A stretch of 64,000 nt of DNA from Felis catus. Lineage: Eukaryota. Made by a program: the position numbers and the translations under genes. The stretch is from assembly GCF_018350175.1 (NCBI RefSeq), contig NC_058368.1:136588001-136652000 (forward strand). Reading direction: 5' to 3'. The notes under the pieces were generated by a model. The model was given only the letters and a program-made list of their open reading frames with translations. It ran no database searches and was not told the DNA's origin. Of this stretch, positions 63,590 through 64,000 are shown in pieces (position 1 is the first letter of the stretch; each line of letters opens with the position of its first letter).

Positions 63590-63960
63590 TAATTTATTTT
63601 TAAGTTTTGAATAAGGAATACAGTCACATGGGTCAACATTTTTAAAAATATAGAGTCAAAGTCTCCCACCTACCCTGTGTCTTAGTCACTCAATTTTCTT
63701 CTTTCTTGTGCATCCTTCCAGAGATGTTTTATGCATATACAAATATATATTTATTCCCGTTTCCCCCCCTAAAATAGTGGCATGTTATGTTCAGTGCTTT
63801 GCTTATCTTCATTTTACATTATATTTTAGAAATTTTTTGATACTGGTACAAAAACAGCCTTCTCTTTTTCATGGCCACATAATATTCCACTAAGTGAACA
63901 TACTATTTTACTGTCCCCTAATGTGTTGGCCAACAATTTTCCATTAAAATCTGGACTAAT
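63590..63960 (-). mobile_element. Ancient L1ME-like 3' fragment
   Basis: catccttccagagatgttttatgcatatacaaa...atggccacataatattccactaagtg. Confidence 0.6.
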
Positions 63961-64000
63961 CACTGAGAACAACTGAGAATCTATTTGGAGGTATTTAAAA

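Noticed and set aside
1..64000. CRISPR array, operon or other prokaryotic system
   Set aside because: The sequence is mammalian. The repeated segments are TSDs, SINEs and microsatellites, not repeat-spacer arrays.

Overview
This is mammalian non-coding DNA, almost certainly felid, judging by multiple SINEC_Fc-type Can-SINEs and a felid L1. I found no supportable host protein-coding gene, rRNA, functional tRNA or CRISPR array. The ORF track consists of L1/SINE-derived, antisense or chance ORFs. Bases 1-~3647 are the 5' part of a young minus-strand L1. Its ORF2 (endonuclease to RT FADD motif) appears open to the window edge, its ORF1 is broken by a +1 frameshift and a TAG stop, and its short 5'UTR looks precisely spliced (a candidate felid SpIRE, the best finding). 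The first ~25 kb is dense in L1s and SINEs with readable target-site duplications (TSDs), nested insertions, a re-used insertion site and a twin-priming L1 inversion; a second inversion lies at ~41 kb. Beyond ~48 kb only ancient repeats are visible, and a possible conserved non-coding element lies at ~39 kb. Repeat family names come from my recollection of consensus sequences, not from a database search. Boundaries of old repeats are approximate.
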